Assembly: GCA_963735805.1 (NCBI GenBank) | Contig: CAVTMK010000002.1 | Coordinates: forward strand, 896,001-960,000 | Length of the DNA: 64,000 nt | Direction: 5' to 3' | Origin: an uncultured Verrucomicrobiae bacterium | GTDB taxonomy: Bacteria; Verrucomicrobiota; Verrucomicrobiia; Chthoniobacterales; UBA10450 | Shown: piece by piece, positions 9,305 through 19,620 of the stretch | Layout: each line of letters opens with the position of its first letter | Numbering within the stretch: position 1 is the stretch's first letter | The notes under the pieces: generated by a model | The model's input: only the letters and a program-made list of their open reading frames with translations | Told to the model about the DNA's origin: nothing | The model's database searches: none | Position numbers and translations under genes: made by a program

Positions 9305-12300
9305 ATGAGAACAATGAACAATCCAACGCGACGCGAGGATTCCCCTTTTACACGCCATGGCTTTGGAGCACGAGGTGTTCTCGCGTCATTTTCATTCCTG
9401 CTTGTCTGCGCAATTTCTTGTTGGGCGGAGGAAACGCCATTCAATTCGTCGACAATTTCCGGCCTGGGCGCACGCAACATAGGCTCCGCTACGATGAGCG
9501 GACGCATTTCAGCTATCGCGGGAGCGCGCGAACCGTCGGGCAAGATCACGTTGTTTGTCGGCGCCGCCAGTGGTGGCATTTGGAAATCTGATGATAGCGG
9601 GACACGATATCGACCCGTGTTTGACGAACAACCCGTGCAATCGATCGGCGCCATCGCACTCGATCCGAAAAATTCAAAAAACGTCTGGGTCGGCACTGGT
9701 GAATCGTGGACGCGAAACAGCGTTTCGATTGGCGACGGAATCTACAAATCCACCGACGGCGGCGAAACGTGGACGCATTCCGGTCTGGAAAAGTCCGAGC
9801 GCATTGCAAAGATCGCAGTGAGCCCAAATAACAGCGACACGGTTTTTGCAGCCGTGCCGGGCCCTCTTTGGAGCGATTCGCCCGACCGCGGTCTGTACAA
9901 AACTACTGACGGCGGAAAAAGGTGGAATCAAGTTCTCAAGGGATCCAATCTCTCGACTGGTTGCAGCGATATCACGATCGATCCGGCAAATCCGAATATC
10001 GTGTTCGCAGCGATTTGGGATTTCCGGCGCAAAGGCTGGGAGTATCGGTCAGGCGGCGACGGTCCTACAGCGCCCTCGGCCAGTGGATTATTTCGGTCTA
10101 CAGACGGCGGCAATACCTGGGCGGAGATTACGCCGGACACCAACAAAGGGTTCCCCAAGAAACCATACGGTCGCCTTGCCGTGGCACTCGCACCTTCGAA
10201 TTCCAAACGGGTTTACGCTTTTGTGGAATCCCCGGATAGCGCTCTCTTTGTCTCCGACGATGGCGGTATGACCTGGGAAAAGCGCGACAAAAGCCAATGG
10301 ATGGTGTGGCGTCCGTTCTACTTTGCTAACTTGATTGTCGATCCCAAAAACCCAGATCGCGTATTTAAGACTGATGGCTCCCTGATTGTCAGCGAAGATG
10401 CCGGCAAAAGTTTCGCAGTTGTTGGCGGATTCGGCGGGATGCACGGTGATGTGCACGATGTTTGGATCGATCCAACAAACACGCAGGTGGTATTTTCCGG
10501 CGACGACGGTGGGATGTGGTATTCCTACAACGGTGGCGCGAAATGGTGGAAAGCTGAAAACCTGCCAATCTCGCAGTTTTATCATGTTAGCGTGGACGAT
10601 AAGGACCCGTACCGTGTTTATGGCGGCTTGCAGGACAACAGCTCTTTCGTGGGCGAATCACAATATCCAGGCGGCGTTACCAACGCGCAGTGGGAAAACA
10701 TGTATAACGGCGACGGATTCTGGATGTTTCCCGATCCTGCTGATCCCGATCAAATCTATGCCGAGTATCAAGGCGGCGAGATCGGCAGGGTAAATCGCCA
10801 CACGCACGAAGCTCGCAACATCAAGCCGAGACCGAATTATAAAGAAAAGCTTCGATTTAATTGGAATACACCAATCGCACTCTCGCCTAACGAAAAAGGG
10901 ACGATCTATATCGGCGCTCAGTTTTTGTTTCGTTCCCGAGATCATGGCCAAACGTGGGAACGGATCTCGCCCGACCTGACAACCAACGATCCACAAAAAC
11001 AGAAACAGGAGCAATCTGGCGGTGTCACAGTGGACAATTCCTCGGCGGAAATGCACACCACGATTTATTCGATCAGTGAATCGCCCAAGGACAAATCGCT
11101 GATTTGGGTCGGCACAGATGACGGCAACCTTCAGGTCACTCGCGACGGCGGCAAAACATGGACCAATGTGGTCGGCAACGTTCCCGGTTTGCCCAAAAAT
11201 TCGTGGGTATCATGGGTGCAGGCGAGCAACTTCAATGCCGGCACCGCGTATGTGGCGTTTGACCGACATACTTTTGGCGACATGTCGCCGTATGTTTTCA
11301 AAACAACGGATTACGGGAAGACGTGGACGCCGCTCGTAAGCGGTCAGGATGCCAAAGGCGTTCGCGGATACGCTCACGTAATCAAGGAAGATTTGGTCAA
11401 GCCGGACCTCCTCTTTCTAGGGACCGAGTTTGGCCTTTGGGTCTCCATCGATGGTGGAAAAAACTGGGCGCAGTTTAAAGGCAACCATTTCCCGGCGGTT
11501 GCCGTTCGAGATCTGGCAATTCAGCCGCGCGATAACGATCTGGTTCTTGCAACGCACGGGCGCGGCATCTGGATTATTGACGATATTACTCCGTTACGCG
11601 CGTTGACGCCGGAGCTGCTCAAGCAGGAAGCAGCGTTTGTTTCCGCGCGTCCGGTTCAACAGCGAATTGAAGGCTCGGGCGGCTGGGCGTCTGGCGATGC
11701 GGTTTTTATTGGCGACAATCCCCCTGACGCCGCCGTGATCGATTATTACCAGCGCCAGCGTCATCTGTTTGGCAAATTGAAACTTGAGGTTTTGGATTCC
11801 TTCGGCCGCGTCGTCGATGAATTGCCGGCGAGCAAACGTCCCGGATTGAATCGGGTAACGTGGACGATGCGTGTGAAGCCGCCGCGTGTGCCGCCTGCCG
11901 CGCAGATCGCCTTTGCGGGAGTACGAGGTCCACGGCTGATACCAGGCGTCTACACAGTACGTCTCACAAAAGCCGGCAAAGTGTCGGAAGCGAAGTTAAC
12001 AGTTGGTCTCGATCGCCGCGCGAAGTTCAGCGCTGCCGACCGTAAGGCACAATTCGATGCTGCGATGAAGGTGCATGCGCTCTTTGACGAAGAAAGCGCG
12101 CTAATGGACCGGATCGTTTCCTTGCGCAAGACGTTAGCACAGGCCGGTGGAACCTTGCCGGAAAGTGACTCAATTCGGAAAGACGTTTCTGATTTCGACG
12201 GAAAAGTCGATGCTGTTCGCAAGAAAATTGTCGCTACAACCGAAGGAGGCGCGATCACCGGGGAAGAGCGCTTGCGTGAACACACCGACCAACTTTATGG

Positions 12301-12568
12301 AGCGATCTTGAGCTACGAGGGAAAACCTGGTGCTTACCAAATTGCCTATATCGACGCGCTCAATCGGGAATTGAGCGATGTGACGAAAGAATTTGATCAA
12401 TTACTCACTAAGGACCTGCCGGCCTTAAACGAATCTCTTAAAGCGAACGGACAAACACCGATTCCCGCGCCCTCGGCCAGCGTCGGCGCCGTCGATGCCA
12501 CATATGGTTCCGGTGGCTCGATTGGCGGGGGCACCGTCCTTCCAGCCGGCTTCCGTATTTCTTACTAA
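9305..12568 (+). CDS. Secreted BNR/Asp-box beta-propeller protein (VPS10/sortilin-like, often annotated glycosyl hydrolase)
   Basis: Many SxDGGxTW Asp-box repeats, signal-like N-terminus, C-terminal helical region; start could be 9314. Confidence 0.85.
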   Translation: MRTMNNPTRREDSPFTRHGFGARGVLASFSFLLVCAISCWAEETPFNSSTISGLGARNIGSATMSGRISAIAGAREPSGKITLFVGAASGGIWKSDDSGTRYRPVFDEQPVQSIGAIALDPKNSKNVWVGTGESWTRNSVSIGDGIYKSTDGGETWTHSGLEKSERIAKIAVSPNNSDTVFAAVPGPLWSDSPDRGLYKTTDGGKRWNQVLKGSNLSTGCSDITIDPANPNIVFAAIWDFRRKGWEYRSGGDGPTAPSASGLFRSTDGGNTWAEITPDTNKGFPKKPYGRLAVALAPSNSKRVYAFVESPDSALFVSDDGGMTWEKRDKSQWMVWRPFYFANLIVDPKNPDRVFKTDGSLIVSEDAGKSFAVVGGFGGMHGDVHDVWIDPTNTQVVFSGDDGGMWYSYNGGAKWWKAENLPISQFYHVSVDDKDPYRVYGGLQDNSSFVGESQYPGGVTNAQWENMYNGDGFWMFPDPADPDQIYAEYQGGEIGRVNRHTHEARNIKPRPNYKEKLRFNWNTPIALSPNEKGTIYIGAQFLFRSRDHGQTWERISPDLTTNDPQKQKQEQSGGVTVDNSSAEMHTTIYSISESPKDKSLIWVGTDDGNLQVTRDGGKTWTNVVGNVPGLPKNSWVSWVQASNFNAGTAYVAFDRHTFGDMSPYVFKTTDYGKTWTPLVSGQDAKGVRGYAHVIKEDLVKPDLLFLGTEFGLWVSIDGGKNWAQFKGNHFPAVAVRDLAIQPRDNDLVLATHGRGIWIIDDITPLRALTPELLKQEAAFVSARPVQQRIEGSGGWASGDAVFIGDNPPDAAVIDYYQRQRHLFGKLKLEVLDSFGRVVDELPASKRPGLNRVTWTMRVKPPRVPPAAQIAFAGVRGPRLIPGVYTVRLTKAGKVSEAKLTVGLDRRAKFSAADRKAQFDAAMKVHALFDEESALMDRIVSLRKTLAQAGGTLPESDSIRKDVSDFDGKVDAVRKKIVATTEGGAITGEERLREHTDQLYGAILSYEGKPGAYQIAYIDALNRELSDVTKEFDQLLTKDLPALNESLKANGQTPIPAPSASVGAVDATYGSGGSIGGGTVLPAGFRISY

Positions 12569-12691
12569 CTCATTTGCCCGCAGGTGAGAAGGTCGGTGGG
12601 CGTAGCGAGTCGTAGCTTGCGTCGTTTGTCGCCATACGACCAAAAGGTCCGCCTTTGCCAAGAATTACATGATCGCGGCGAGAGAGAGAAG

Positions 12692-12764
12692 TGGAGGTAA
12701 GGGGATTCGAACCCCTGGCCTTCTCATTGCGAACGAGACGCTCTACCAGCTGAGCTATACCCCC
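12692..12764 (-). tRNA. tRNA-Ala(CGC), CCA not encoded
   Basis: Reverse complement GGGGGTATAGCTCAGCTGGTAGAGCGTCTCGTTCGCAATGAGAAGGCCAGGGGTTCGAATCCCCTTACCTCCA folds as a cloverleaf; G3:U70 Ala identity pair. Confidence 0.95.
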
Positions 12765-12942
12765 GTGATCAGCGCACGAAGATTAGCACGGCTCATGGAT
12801 TTTTCATCAAGCGAAAGCGGCTTGGATCTCCCCGATGTAGGATTCTCGCGCAGCGTCCGATCGCTCTTCATGATCCGAGCGGCGCGAAAGAACGATTGCA
12901 GGGAACGCTTTCGGGTTTAAGGTGCGCTCTCCAATTCTAAAT

Positions 12943-13263
12943 ATGTTCCAGACGTTTCTTGCTCAGGCGCAAAGCGCGGCTCCTCAACAGATGCCGGGCG
13001 GCGGCATTGGCTCATTTTTTATACCGCTGATTTTCATATTCATCATCATGTACTTTGTGATGATCCGACCGCAAAAAAAACGACAGCAACAGCAACAGCA
13101 GTTAGTCGCGAGTTTAAAAACCGGAGACCGGGTTGTAACCAATGCCGGCATTCACGGCTTAATTTCCAATGTGAAGGAAAACACCGTGCTCGTGAAAGTG
13201 GCCGACAACGTAAAGATCGAGATGGATAAATCTGCTGTCACAGCGGTGCTGAAAGAGAGTTAG
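12943..13263 (+). CDS. yajC: Preprotein translocase subunit YajC
   Basis: YFVMIRPQKKR...LKTGDRVVTNAGIHG motif; directly upstream of secDF. Confidence 0.95.
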   Translation: MFQTFLAQAQSAAPQQMPGGGIGSFFIPLIFIFIIMYFVMIRPQKKRQQQQQQLVASLKTGDRVVTNAGIHGLISNVKENTVLVKVADNVKIEMDKSAVTAVLKES

Positions 13264-13293
13264 TTTGTTAAACTGTTAAATCGCTAAGCCGCA

Positions 13294-15633
13294 ATGACTC
13301 CAGCGTTTACATTTTTTGTCGGGCTAGCGCTGCTCGTACTCTTCGGGTGGTATTTCGCCACCGATCAAGGTCCGCGAAAACGTTGGCTGGCCACCGCGCT
13401 GGTACTGTTGCTGGTTGTCTGCAGCATTTTCACGATCTGGCCGCCGCAGAAGAAAATCGCGCTCGGACTCGACATTCAAGGCGGCACTTCCTTCCTCATT
13501 CGGCTAAAGGCTGGCGACAAACAAGTCACCAAAGGCATGCTCGACCAGGCAGTCGAGGTCATTCGCAAACGCGTCGATTACTTTGGCGGGGGCGAACCAA
13601 TTATCAGTCCGGTCGGTAACGATCGGATTTTGGTCCAGATTCCCGGTCTCGACACTGCGAAGATTCAGGAAGCGCGCGATCAACTTTCCCGGGTCGCAAA
13701 GCTGGAGTTCCGCCTGGTTTATCCCGATAACGGACAAAAATTGAAGGCTATCGACGAAGGCAAAGATGTCATTCCGCCGGAGTTTCGCATCGAAACGTAC
13801 AAGCTGCAGCGTGAAGGTGAAAAACCTGTTGAAGAACGGCTGTTGGTAAAAAAGAAAGCCGATCTGGCCGGCGATCGAGTTTCGGGCGCGGGTGCTTCAT
13901 ATGAACGAGATGGTTGGGTAGTCCATTTAAGGTTCGATAGCGAGGGCGCCAAGAAGTTCGGAGACATTACAGCTGCGAATGTTCATCATCGGTTCGCGAT
14001 TGTGCTGGATGGATTAATCCAATCTGCGCCCGTGATTCAGGACGCCATTTACGGTGGAGATGCACAGATCACCGGGCACTTCACGGAAGAAGAAGCGCGC
14101 GGGTTGGCCAGTGTGCTTGAAAACCCGCTGCAAACGCCGGTAAGCATTGAGGAAGAGCGCAGTGTTTCACCTACTCTCGGGCTGGACTCGATTCGCGCGA
14201 GTATCCTGGCCGGTTTGGTTGGGCTGGCCATCACGCTCGTTTGCGTGGCCATCTACTATAAAATCCCCGGTCTGGTCGCAAATCTCGCGCTGATCATCAA
14301 TCTCATTTTGCTCGTCGGCGCCCTGACGATGTTCCACTTCGTCCTTACGTTACCCGGCATTGCGGGCATCATTTTGACCATTGGCCTTTCGGTGGACGCG
14401 AACGTGCTAATCTACGAACGGTTGCGCGAGGAAATGGCGCTTGGAAAATCGCTCAAGGTTGCACTAAACACGGCTTACGAGAAAGCTTTCAGCTCCATTT
14501 TTGATGCCAACGTCACCACGCTCATCACCGCCGCGATTCTCTTTTGGAAAGCGAGCGGTCCGGTGAAGGGTTTCGCGATCTCGCTTACACTCGGCATTTT
14601 AGCGTCATTGTTTACGGCGCTCATTGTGGGCCGCAATTGCCTCGGCTGGTTTGTCGATACTGGAAAACTGAAACGTATCTCGATGCTCCACTTGATTTCA
14701 GCGCACAACATCAATTTCCTCGGCAGAGGTTTTATCGCGTGCATGTGCTCGCTGGCGCTGCTTCTGGCCGGCGCATTTGCCTTTTACAAACGTGGCGAAC
14801 GCAACTTCGGCGTTGATTTTCGCGGCGGCGACCTGATCACGTTGAGCGCACCGGGCAAGATCGATATCGGGCAGGTACGCAACGCCCTTAAGCCAATCGG
14901 ACTCGCGGACGCTTCGATTCAAGAATCCACCCAGGTTAGTCGAAGCTATATCACAATTCGCACGCCGTTGAACACCAGCGACAAAGTGGAAAAGCAGGTC
15001 TTGCAGACGCTCCCAAGCTCTGGGTTTAGAGTGGAAGGCTCGGAACGCGTCGGCGCGCTGGTGGGCGGTGAACTGGCAAAAAACTCGTTGATCGCACTCG
15101 GCCTGGGCATTCTGGGCATCTTGATCTTTGTAACGTTTCGTTTCGAGCTAGCGTTTGCCGTGGGCGCGATAGTTGCCCTGTTGCATGACGTCCTCATCAC
15201 CGTTGGCATGTTCTCGCTGCTCGGGCGCGAGCTTACTCTCACAATGATTGGCGCCGTATTGACGATCGCCGGCTATTCCATCAATGATACGATTGTCGTT
15301 TACGATCGGATTCGCGAAGGTCTGGCCAGCGGGCGCCGCGGGAGCATCGAAGAAATCATGAATTCGAGTATCAACCAGACGCTGAGCCGAACGATTCTTA
15401 CCAGCACAGTAACGCTTATTCCGATCCTGTGCCTGTTTTTCTTTGGCGGCGCGGTGCTCAGGGATTTTTCGCTCGCCATCATTATCGGCGTGGTTGTCGG
15501 TACCTACTCCTCAATCTTTATCGCTTCGCCCATAGTTCTCTGGTGGACGCGCGCCCGCGGCGGCGGTGCCACGGCCTTGCGGCGCGAAATCACTGAAAAA
15601 GCTGCCACGGCCAATCCACTTGCCCAGCGCTGA
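13294..15633 (+). CDS. secDF: Fused protein translocase SecDF
   Basis: LGLDIQGG, VDANVLIYERLREE (SecD) and GVDFRGG, GYSINDTIVVYDRIRE (SecF) in one ORF. Confidence 0.95.
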   Translation: MTPAFTFFVGLALLVLFGWYFATDQGPRKRWLATALVLLLVVCSIFTIWPPQKKIALGLDIQGGTSFLIRLKAGDKQVTKGMLDQAVEVIRKRVDYFGGGEPIISPVGNDRILVQIPGLDTAKIQEARDQLSRVAKLEFRLVYPDNGQKLKAIDEGKDVIPPEFRIETYKLQREGEKPVEERLLVKKKADLAGDRVSGAGASYERDGWVVHLRFDSEGAKKFGDITAANVHHRFAIVLDGLIQSAPVIQDAIYGGDAQITGHFTEEEARGLASVLENPLQTPVSIEEERSVSPTLGLDSIRASILAGLVGLAITLVCVAIYYKIPGLVANLALIINLILLVGALTMFHFVLTLPGIAGIILTIGLSVDANVLIYERLREEMALGKSLKVALNTAYEKAFSSIFDANVTTLITAAILFWKASGPVKGFAISLTLGILASLFTALIVGRNCLGWFVDTGKLKRISMLHLISAHNINFLGRGFIACMCSLALLLAGAFAFYKRGERNFGVDFRGGDLITLSAPGKIDIGQVRNALKPIGLADASIQESTQVSRSYITIRTPLNTSDKVEKQVLQTLPSSGFRVEGSERVGALVGGELAKNSLIALGLGILGILIFVTFRFELAFAVGAIVALLHDVLITVGMFSLLGRELTLTMIGAVLTIAGYSINDTIVVYDRIREGLASGRRGSIEEIMNSSINQTLSRTILTSTVTLIPILCLFFFGGAVLRDFSLAIIIGVVVGTYSSIFIASPIVLWWTRARGGGATALRREITEKAATANPLAQR

Positions 15634-15706
15634 GCCGTTTTACTCCCCGTCCCCAGGGGGCTATTTGCCTGCTTCAGACCCTCCTGGGGCGCTTTTCTTA
15701 GCGGAT

Positions 15707-15735
15707 TTGACGGGGCCGCTGGCCCCGAGTAGGCT
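15707..15735 (+). promoter_or_regulatory. Putative sigma70 promoter for rpsU
   Basis: TTGACG-17 bp-TAGGCT about 50 bp upstream of the rpsU start. Confidence 0.55.
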
Positions 15736-15783
15736 CCCGCTCGCCGATTAGGAGCCCATTTTTAAAGTCAGGAGTGATTATTG

Positions 15784-15981
15784 ATGCCAGAAGTGATCGT
15801 TCGCAAAGGTGAACCTGTCGATCGCGCGTTAAAGCGGCTTAAGAACAAGCTGGATGCCGAGGGGATTCTCGAGGAGGTCCGCCGTCTGCGTGCCTTCGAG
15901 ACGCCTTCGCAAAAGCATCGCCGCAAAGCGAAAGCCAACGCCAAGCGCGGTCGGACCAAGTTCCGATTTAATCCCAGCTAA
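15784..15981 (+). CDS. rpsU: 30S ribosomal protein S21
   Basis: MPEVIVRKGEPVDRALKRLK...FETPSQK; AGGAG RBS upstream. Confidence 0.95.
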   Translation: MPEVIVRKGEPVDRALKRLKNKLDAEGILEEVRRLRAFETPSQKHRRKAKANAKRGRTKFRFNPS

Positions 15982-16041
15982 AAGTTAAAACGTTGCAAGT
16001 TAAACGTTGTCCGGGCAAATTCGTTGGTTGCCATTCAACTT

Positions 16042-17583
16042 TTAACTCTTTGTAGCCGTTTTTCCGGCAAAGAACTGGCCGATTGCTTCTACCAAGCCGT
16101 CGATGTCGTGTCGTTTTGCTTCGACATCGACCTTCAAACCGTTATCACGCGCAGTCTGCGACGTGATTGGCCCGATGCTGGCAACTTGCATTCCTTTGGG
16201 CCAGGATAGTCCAAGCGCAAGAAAGTTTTCGACGGTTGAAGAACTGGTGAACGTGATCAAATCAGCTCCGTCATTCGCAAGTCGCTGCCGCGCACCGCTG
16301 GCGTCGCGCGTTTCGGGTACCGTCCGATAGGCGCATGTTTGGTCCACAATCGCTCCCAAGCCGGAGAGCTCCTTGGGGAGCACGTCTCGCGCCTTTTCTC
16401 CGCGCACCAGCAGGACTTTTAAATTTTCAATGCTTCCTTGCTTTTTGAATTCCCGCACGATGTCTTCAGCTACAAATTCTTCCGGCTGAAGATCAACATG
16501 CAGATGGAATTCTTTCACGCGTTGCGCCGTGGCCGGACCGATTGCCGCAATCCGTGCGCCACCGATTTCGCGCGCATCATCGTATAGTTTGAAGAAAATA
16601 TTAAAAAAGGCTTCGACGCCGTTTGCGCTGGTAAACACGATCCAGTCGTAGATGTGTGCGTCCTGCACAAGCTCTGCGAATTCGCGCAAATCAGCGGGCG
16701 GTTCGATGCGAATCGTGGGTAGTTCGATAACGTGAGCACCAAGCACACGCAGTTTGCTGCTTAACACGCTGGCTTGCTTCCTTGTTCGCGTAACGACAAT
16801 TCTTTTTCCAAGCAGCGGCCGTTTTTCGTACCAATTGAGTTTGTCTCGCAGTGCGACGACGTCTCCGAATACTGCGACTGCCGGGGCTCCGAAATCATTT
16901 GAGACGGCCTTTTGAGCGATATCTTGCAGTGTGCCGGTGAGCGTTTCCTGTTGGCCTGTGGTCGCCCAGCGAACCAATGCTACTGGCAAATCGCCGCGAA
17001 CACCATGCTTCAACATTTCGCTTGTGATCGATCCGAGGCGTTCCATGCCCATCAACATCACCTGGGTACCTCCAAGTTTCGCCAGTGCTGCGTAATCGAT
17101 CGCACTTTCTGTCTTCGCTGGATCTTCGTGCCCAGTAAAGAACGTGACGTGTGAATTGTGCGACCTATGCGTGATGGGAATGCCTGCATACGCGGGCCCG
17201 GCGATGGACGAGGTGATTCCAGGCACAATTTCGAACGGAATACCCGCATCGGCGATCAGCTGAGCTTCTTCAGCGCCTCGACCAAACACGAATGGATCTC
17301 CGCCCTTTAGCCGAATGACCTGCTTTCCTTCGCGCGCTTTTTCGATCAGTAGCGCGTTGATTTCGTGTTGTTTGATCGGCGATTCACCAGCTGTTTTGCC
17401 GACGTAAATAATTTCCGCGTCATCCCTTGCCCAGCCAAGGATCTCGGGATTGGCCAGATGATCGTAAACGACCACATCCGCGCTCTCTATGCACTCCTTT
17501 GCGCGCAAAGTAACCAGACCCAGGTCGCCCGGCCCGGCACCGACCAGGTAAACCTTTCCGTTCCCACTCCGGCTCTTGCTCAT
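16042..17583 (-). CDS. cobA-hemD: Fused uroporphyrinogen-III C-methyltransferase / uroporphyrinogen-III synthase
   Basis: VYLVGAGPGD, RLKGGDPFVFGRG (CobA) followed by IVVTR..WIVFTSANGV..FTSSSTV (HemD). Confidence 0.95.
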   Translation of the reverse strand: MSKSRSGNGKVYLVGAGPGDLGLVTLRAKECIESADVVVYDHLANPEILGWARDDAEIIYVGKTAGESPIKQHEINALLIEKAREGKQVIRLKGGDPFVFGRGAEEAQLIADAGIPFEIVPGITSSIAGPAYAGIPITHRSHNSHVTFFTGHEDPAKTESAIDYAALAKLGGTQVMLMGMERLGSITSEMLKHGVRGDLPVALVRWATTGQQETLTGTLQDIAQKAVSNDFGAPAVAVFGDVVALRDKLNWYEKRPLLGKRIVVTRTRKQASVLSSKLRVLGAHVIELPTIRIEPPADLREFAELVQDAHIYDWIVFTSANGVEAFFNIFFKLYDDAREIGGARIAAIGPATAQRVKEFHLHVDLQPEEFVAEDIVREFKKQGSIENLKVLLVRGEKARDVLPKELSGLGAIVDQTCAYRTVPETRDASGARQRLANDGADLITFTSSSTVENFLALGLSWPKGMQVASIGPITSQTARDNGLKVDVEAKRHDIDGLVEAIGQFFAGKTATKS

Positions 17584-18497
17584 ACTCGCAATAACTTCAA
17601 CAGTTGCGATGCCAAATGTTTACCTTCATCGCGAGTGCCTTCCACTTCAGCTTCCCGTGGTGCTGCTGATTGATCGGTAAACAATTGCGCTCTCAGTTTC
17701 ATCTTGTGGTTGTCGATTGTCGCCAGCACGCCCACTGGGCAATTGCAGTCGCCGTGTAACAGACGCAAAAACTCTCGTTCTGCCCGCAAACAAAGCAACG
17801 TTTCGGGATTATTCACAAGATCAACGATCGCCTTCACAGCACGATCACTGGCGCGAATTTGAAGCGCAATGATTCCCTGGCCTCCTGCAGGCAAAAATAT
17901 CTCGCGCGGAAGAATTTCAACGAAAAATCGCCTGCGCTCGACGCTGATTTCGTCATGAGTAGGCGACAGACCGAGACGTTTAAGTCCCGCGTGAGCCAGC
18001 ACGATTGCGTCCCAACCGTTGTCGAGCAACTTGCGCAGCCGGGTCGGAACATTCCCGCGAAGATCGATAACTTTGAGATCTGTGCGTTTCCACAACAGCT
18101 GGCGTTTTCTTCGCACACTACCGGTGGCGATGATTGCGCCCGGAGGCAGCAAAGCGAAACCGCCCAAATGCTTTGAAACCAGCACGTCATTCATCGCTGC
18201 GCGAGGAAGAACCGCGGCAATTTCTGCGTCCGGGCTCGTTTCACTCGGAAGATCTTTTGCGCTATGGACGGCAACATCGACATCCCCGCTAAGAAGAGCT
18301 CGCTCAATTTCTGCTGTAAACAGTCCTTTGCGACCATCCCGGCGCTCAAGAACTCTGGCTTTATCGCCTTGTGTCTTGATGATTCTCGTCTCGATTCGTA
18401 TGTCCGACTTCGCCGCTTGAATTGCTTCTTCAACAAGCCCGGTTTGGGCACGTGCCAGATCGCTACCGCGCGTGCCCAGGATGATTTTCCTTGTCAT
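17580..18497 (-). CDS. hemC: Hydroxymethylbilane synthase
   Basis: GTRGSDLA, KGLFT, AVHSAKDLP, RGNVPTRL, GDCNCPVG motifs. Confidence 0.95.
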   Translation of the reverse strand: MTRKIILGTRGSDLARAQTGLVEEAIQAAKSDIRIETRIIKTQGDKARVLERRDGRKGLFTAEIERALLSGDVDVAVHSAKDLPSETSPDAEIAAVLPRAAMNDVLVSKHLGGFALLPPGAIIATGSVRRKRQLLWKRTDLKVIDLRGNVPTRLRKLLDNGWDAIVLAHAGLKRLGLSPTHDEISVERRRFFVEILPREIFLPAGGQGIIALQIRASDRAVKAIVDLVNNPETLLCLRAEREFLRLLHGDCNCPVGVLATIDNHKMKLRAQLFTDQSAAPREAEVEGTRDEGKHLASQLLKLLRV

Positions 18498-18543
18498 CGC
18501 AGGAATGTAGCCCGCGATAAAGAGTAGGGGAAACTGTCAGCCC

Positions 18544-19620
18544 TTACAGCTCAGACGCGCGCAGCGAACTATCAGTAACCGACGGATGCTCGGCGATCCG
18601 CGGTCCGCGGTTCAGTTCGTGCAAAATTTTCTCCAGAAAATCGGCGACGTGTTCGGCAATGATTGCTTCGGCAGACGCTATCTGCTGTCGTCGCACTGCA
18701 AGCGATTGCTCCGCGACAGATTGCAAAGCATCGATGTCATAAAGGTACACGCCTTCCATTTCGTTCACAGTTGTGTCGACATCGCGCGGAACGGCGATAT
18801 CGATGATGAAAAGTGGACGATCGAGGCGATCGGCCAACATCGGGCCGAGATTTGTCGGGGTCAGTAACGGAGATTCCGAAGAGGTCGATGTAATCAGGAT
18901 ATCGATCTCGCGGCATTGCTGCGGCCACTCATCGAAGCGAACGGCCCGGCCACCTACGCGTTGCGCCAGCTCATGGGCGCGATCATTTGAGCGATTGCTC
19001 ACCCGCAGATCAGTCACACCCCGGGAAATGAGAGCGCGTGCCGTGCGCTCGCTGGTTTCACCAGCTCCCAGAACCAAGACTTTGCAATTGCCAAGGTCGC
19101 CGAAAATTTTCTGCGCGAGATCAACCGCGACGGAACCGACCGATACGGATCCGCGCGTAATTTCGGTGTGCGTGCGAACTTGTTTGGCAACGCGAAACGC
19201 CCGCTGAAAGAGACGGTGCAGGCAGGGACCAACCGCGCCCGATGCTCGCGCAGATTGGTAAGCTTTCTTTGTCTGTCCGAGAACTTCTGTTTCGCCCACC
19301 ACCATCGAATCGAGTCCGGAAGCGACCCGAAATAGATGTTGGACGCACTTTTCAGCTTCGTAACGATAAAATGGTAGCGCCGTGCCATGCTCGATGTCGC
19401 CAGCACCAGGCTTTTGCAATAAACACTGAGCAATTTCATCCGTCGAAACACGCTTTTCTGAGGCGCCATAGACTTCTACACGGTTACAGGTCGCGAGTAC
19501 CAATGCCTCCGCACAACCAACCGTGCGAAGTGTAGATTCAACTCCCGCGCTGCCAGCGAAACGTTCGCGCGTCTCCACGTTCGCTGTGTGATGACTGAGG
19601 CCGACGCAGAAGAGATTCAT
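18544..19620 (-). CDS. hemA: Glutamyl-tRNA reductase
   Basis: TCNRVEVY, LDSMVVGETEVLGQ, GAGE, DIAVPRDV motifs. Confidence 0.95.
   Translation of the reverse strand: MNLFCVGLSHHTANVETRERFAGSAGVESTLRTVGCAEALVLATCNRVEVYGASEKRVSTDEIAQCLLQKPGAGDIEHGTALPFYRYEAEKCVQHLFRVASGLDSMVVGETEVLGQTKKAYQSARASGAVGPCLHRLFQRAFRVAKQVRTHTEITRGSVSVGSVAVDLAQKIFGDLGNCKVLVLGAGETSERTARALISRGVTDLRVSNRSNDRAHELAQRVGGRAVRFDEWPQQCREIDILITSTSSESPLLTPTNLGPMLADRLDRPLFIIDIAVPRDVDTTVNEMEGVYLYDIDALQSVAEQSLAVRRQQIASAEAIIAEHVADFLEKILHELNRGPRIAEHPSVTDSSLRASEL

Noticed and set aside
1..12691. Genomic island integrated at the 3' end of tRNA-Ala
   Set aside because: No integrase and no duplicated tRNA 3' fragment seen within the window; cannot be supported here.
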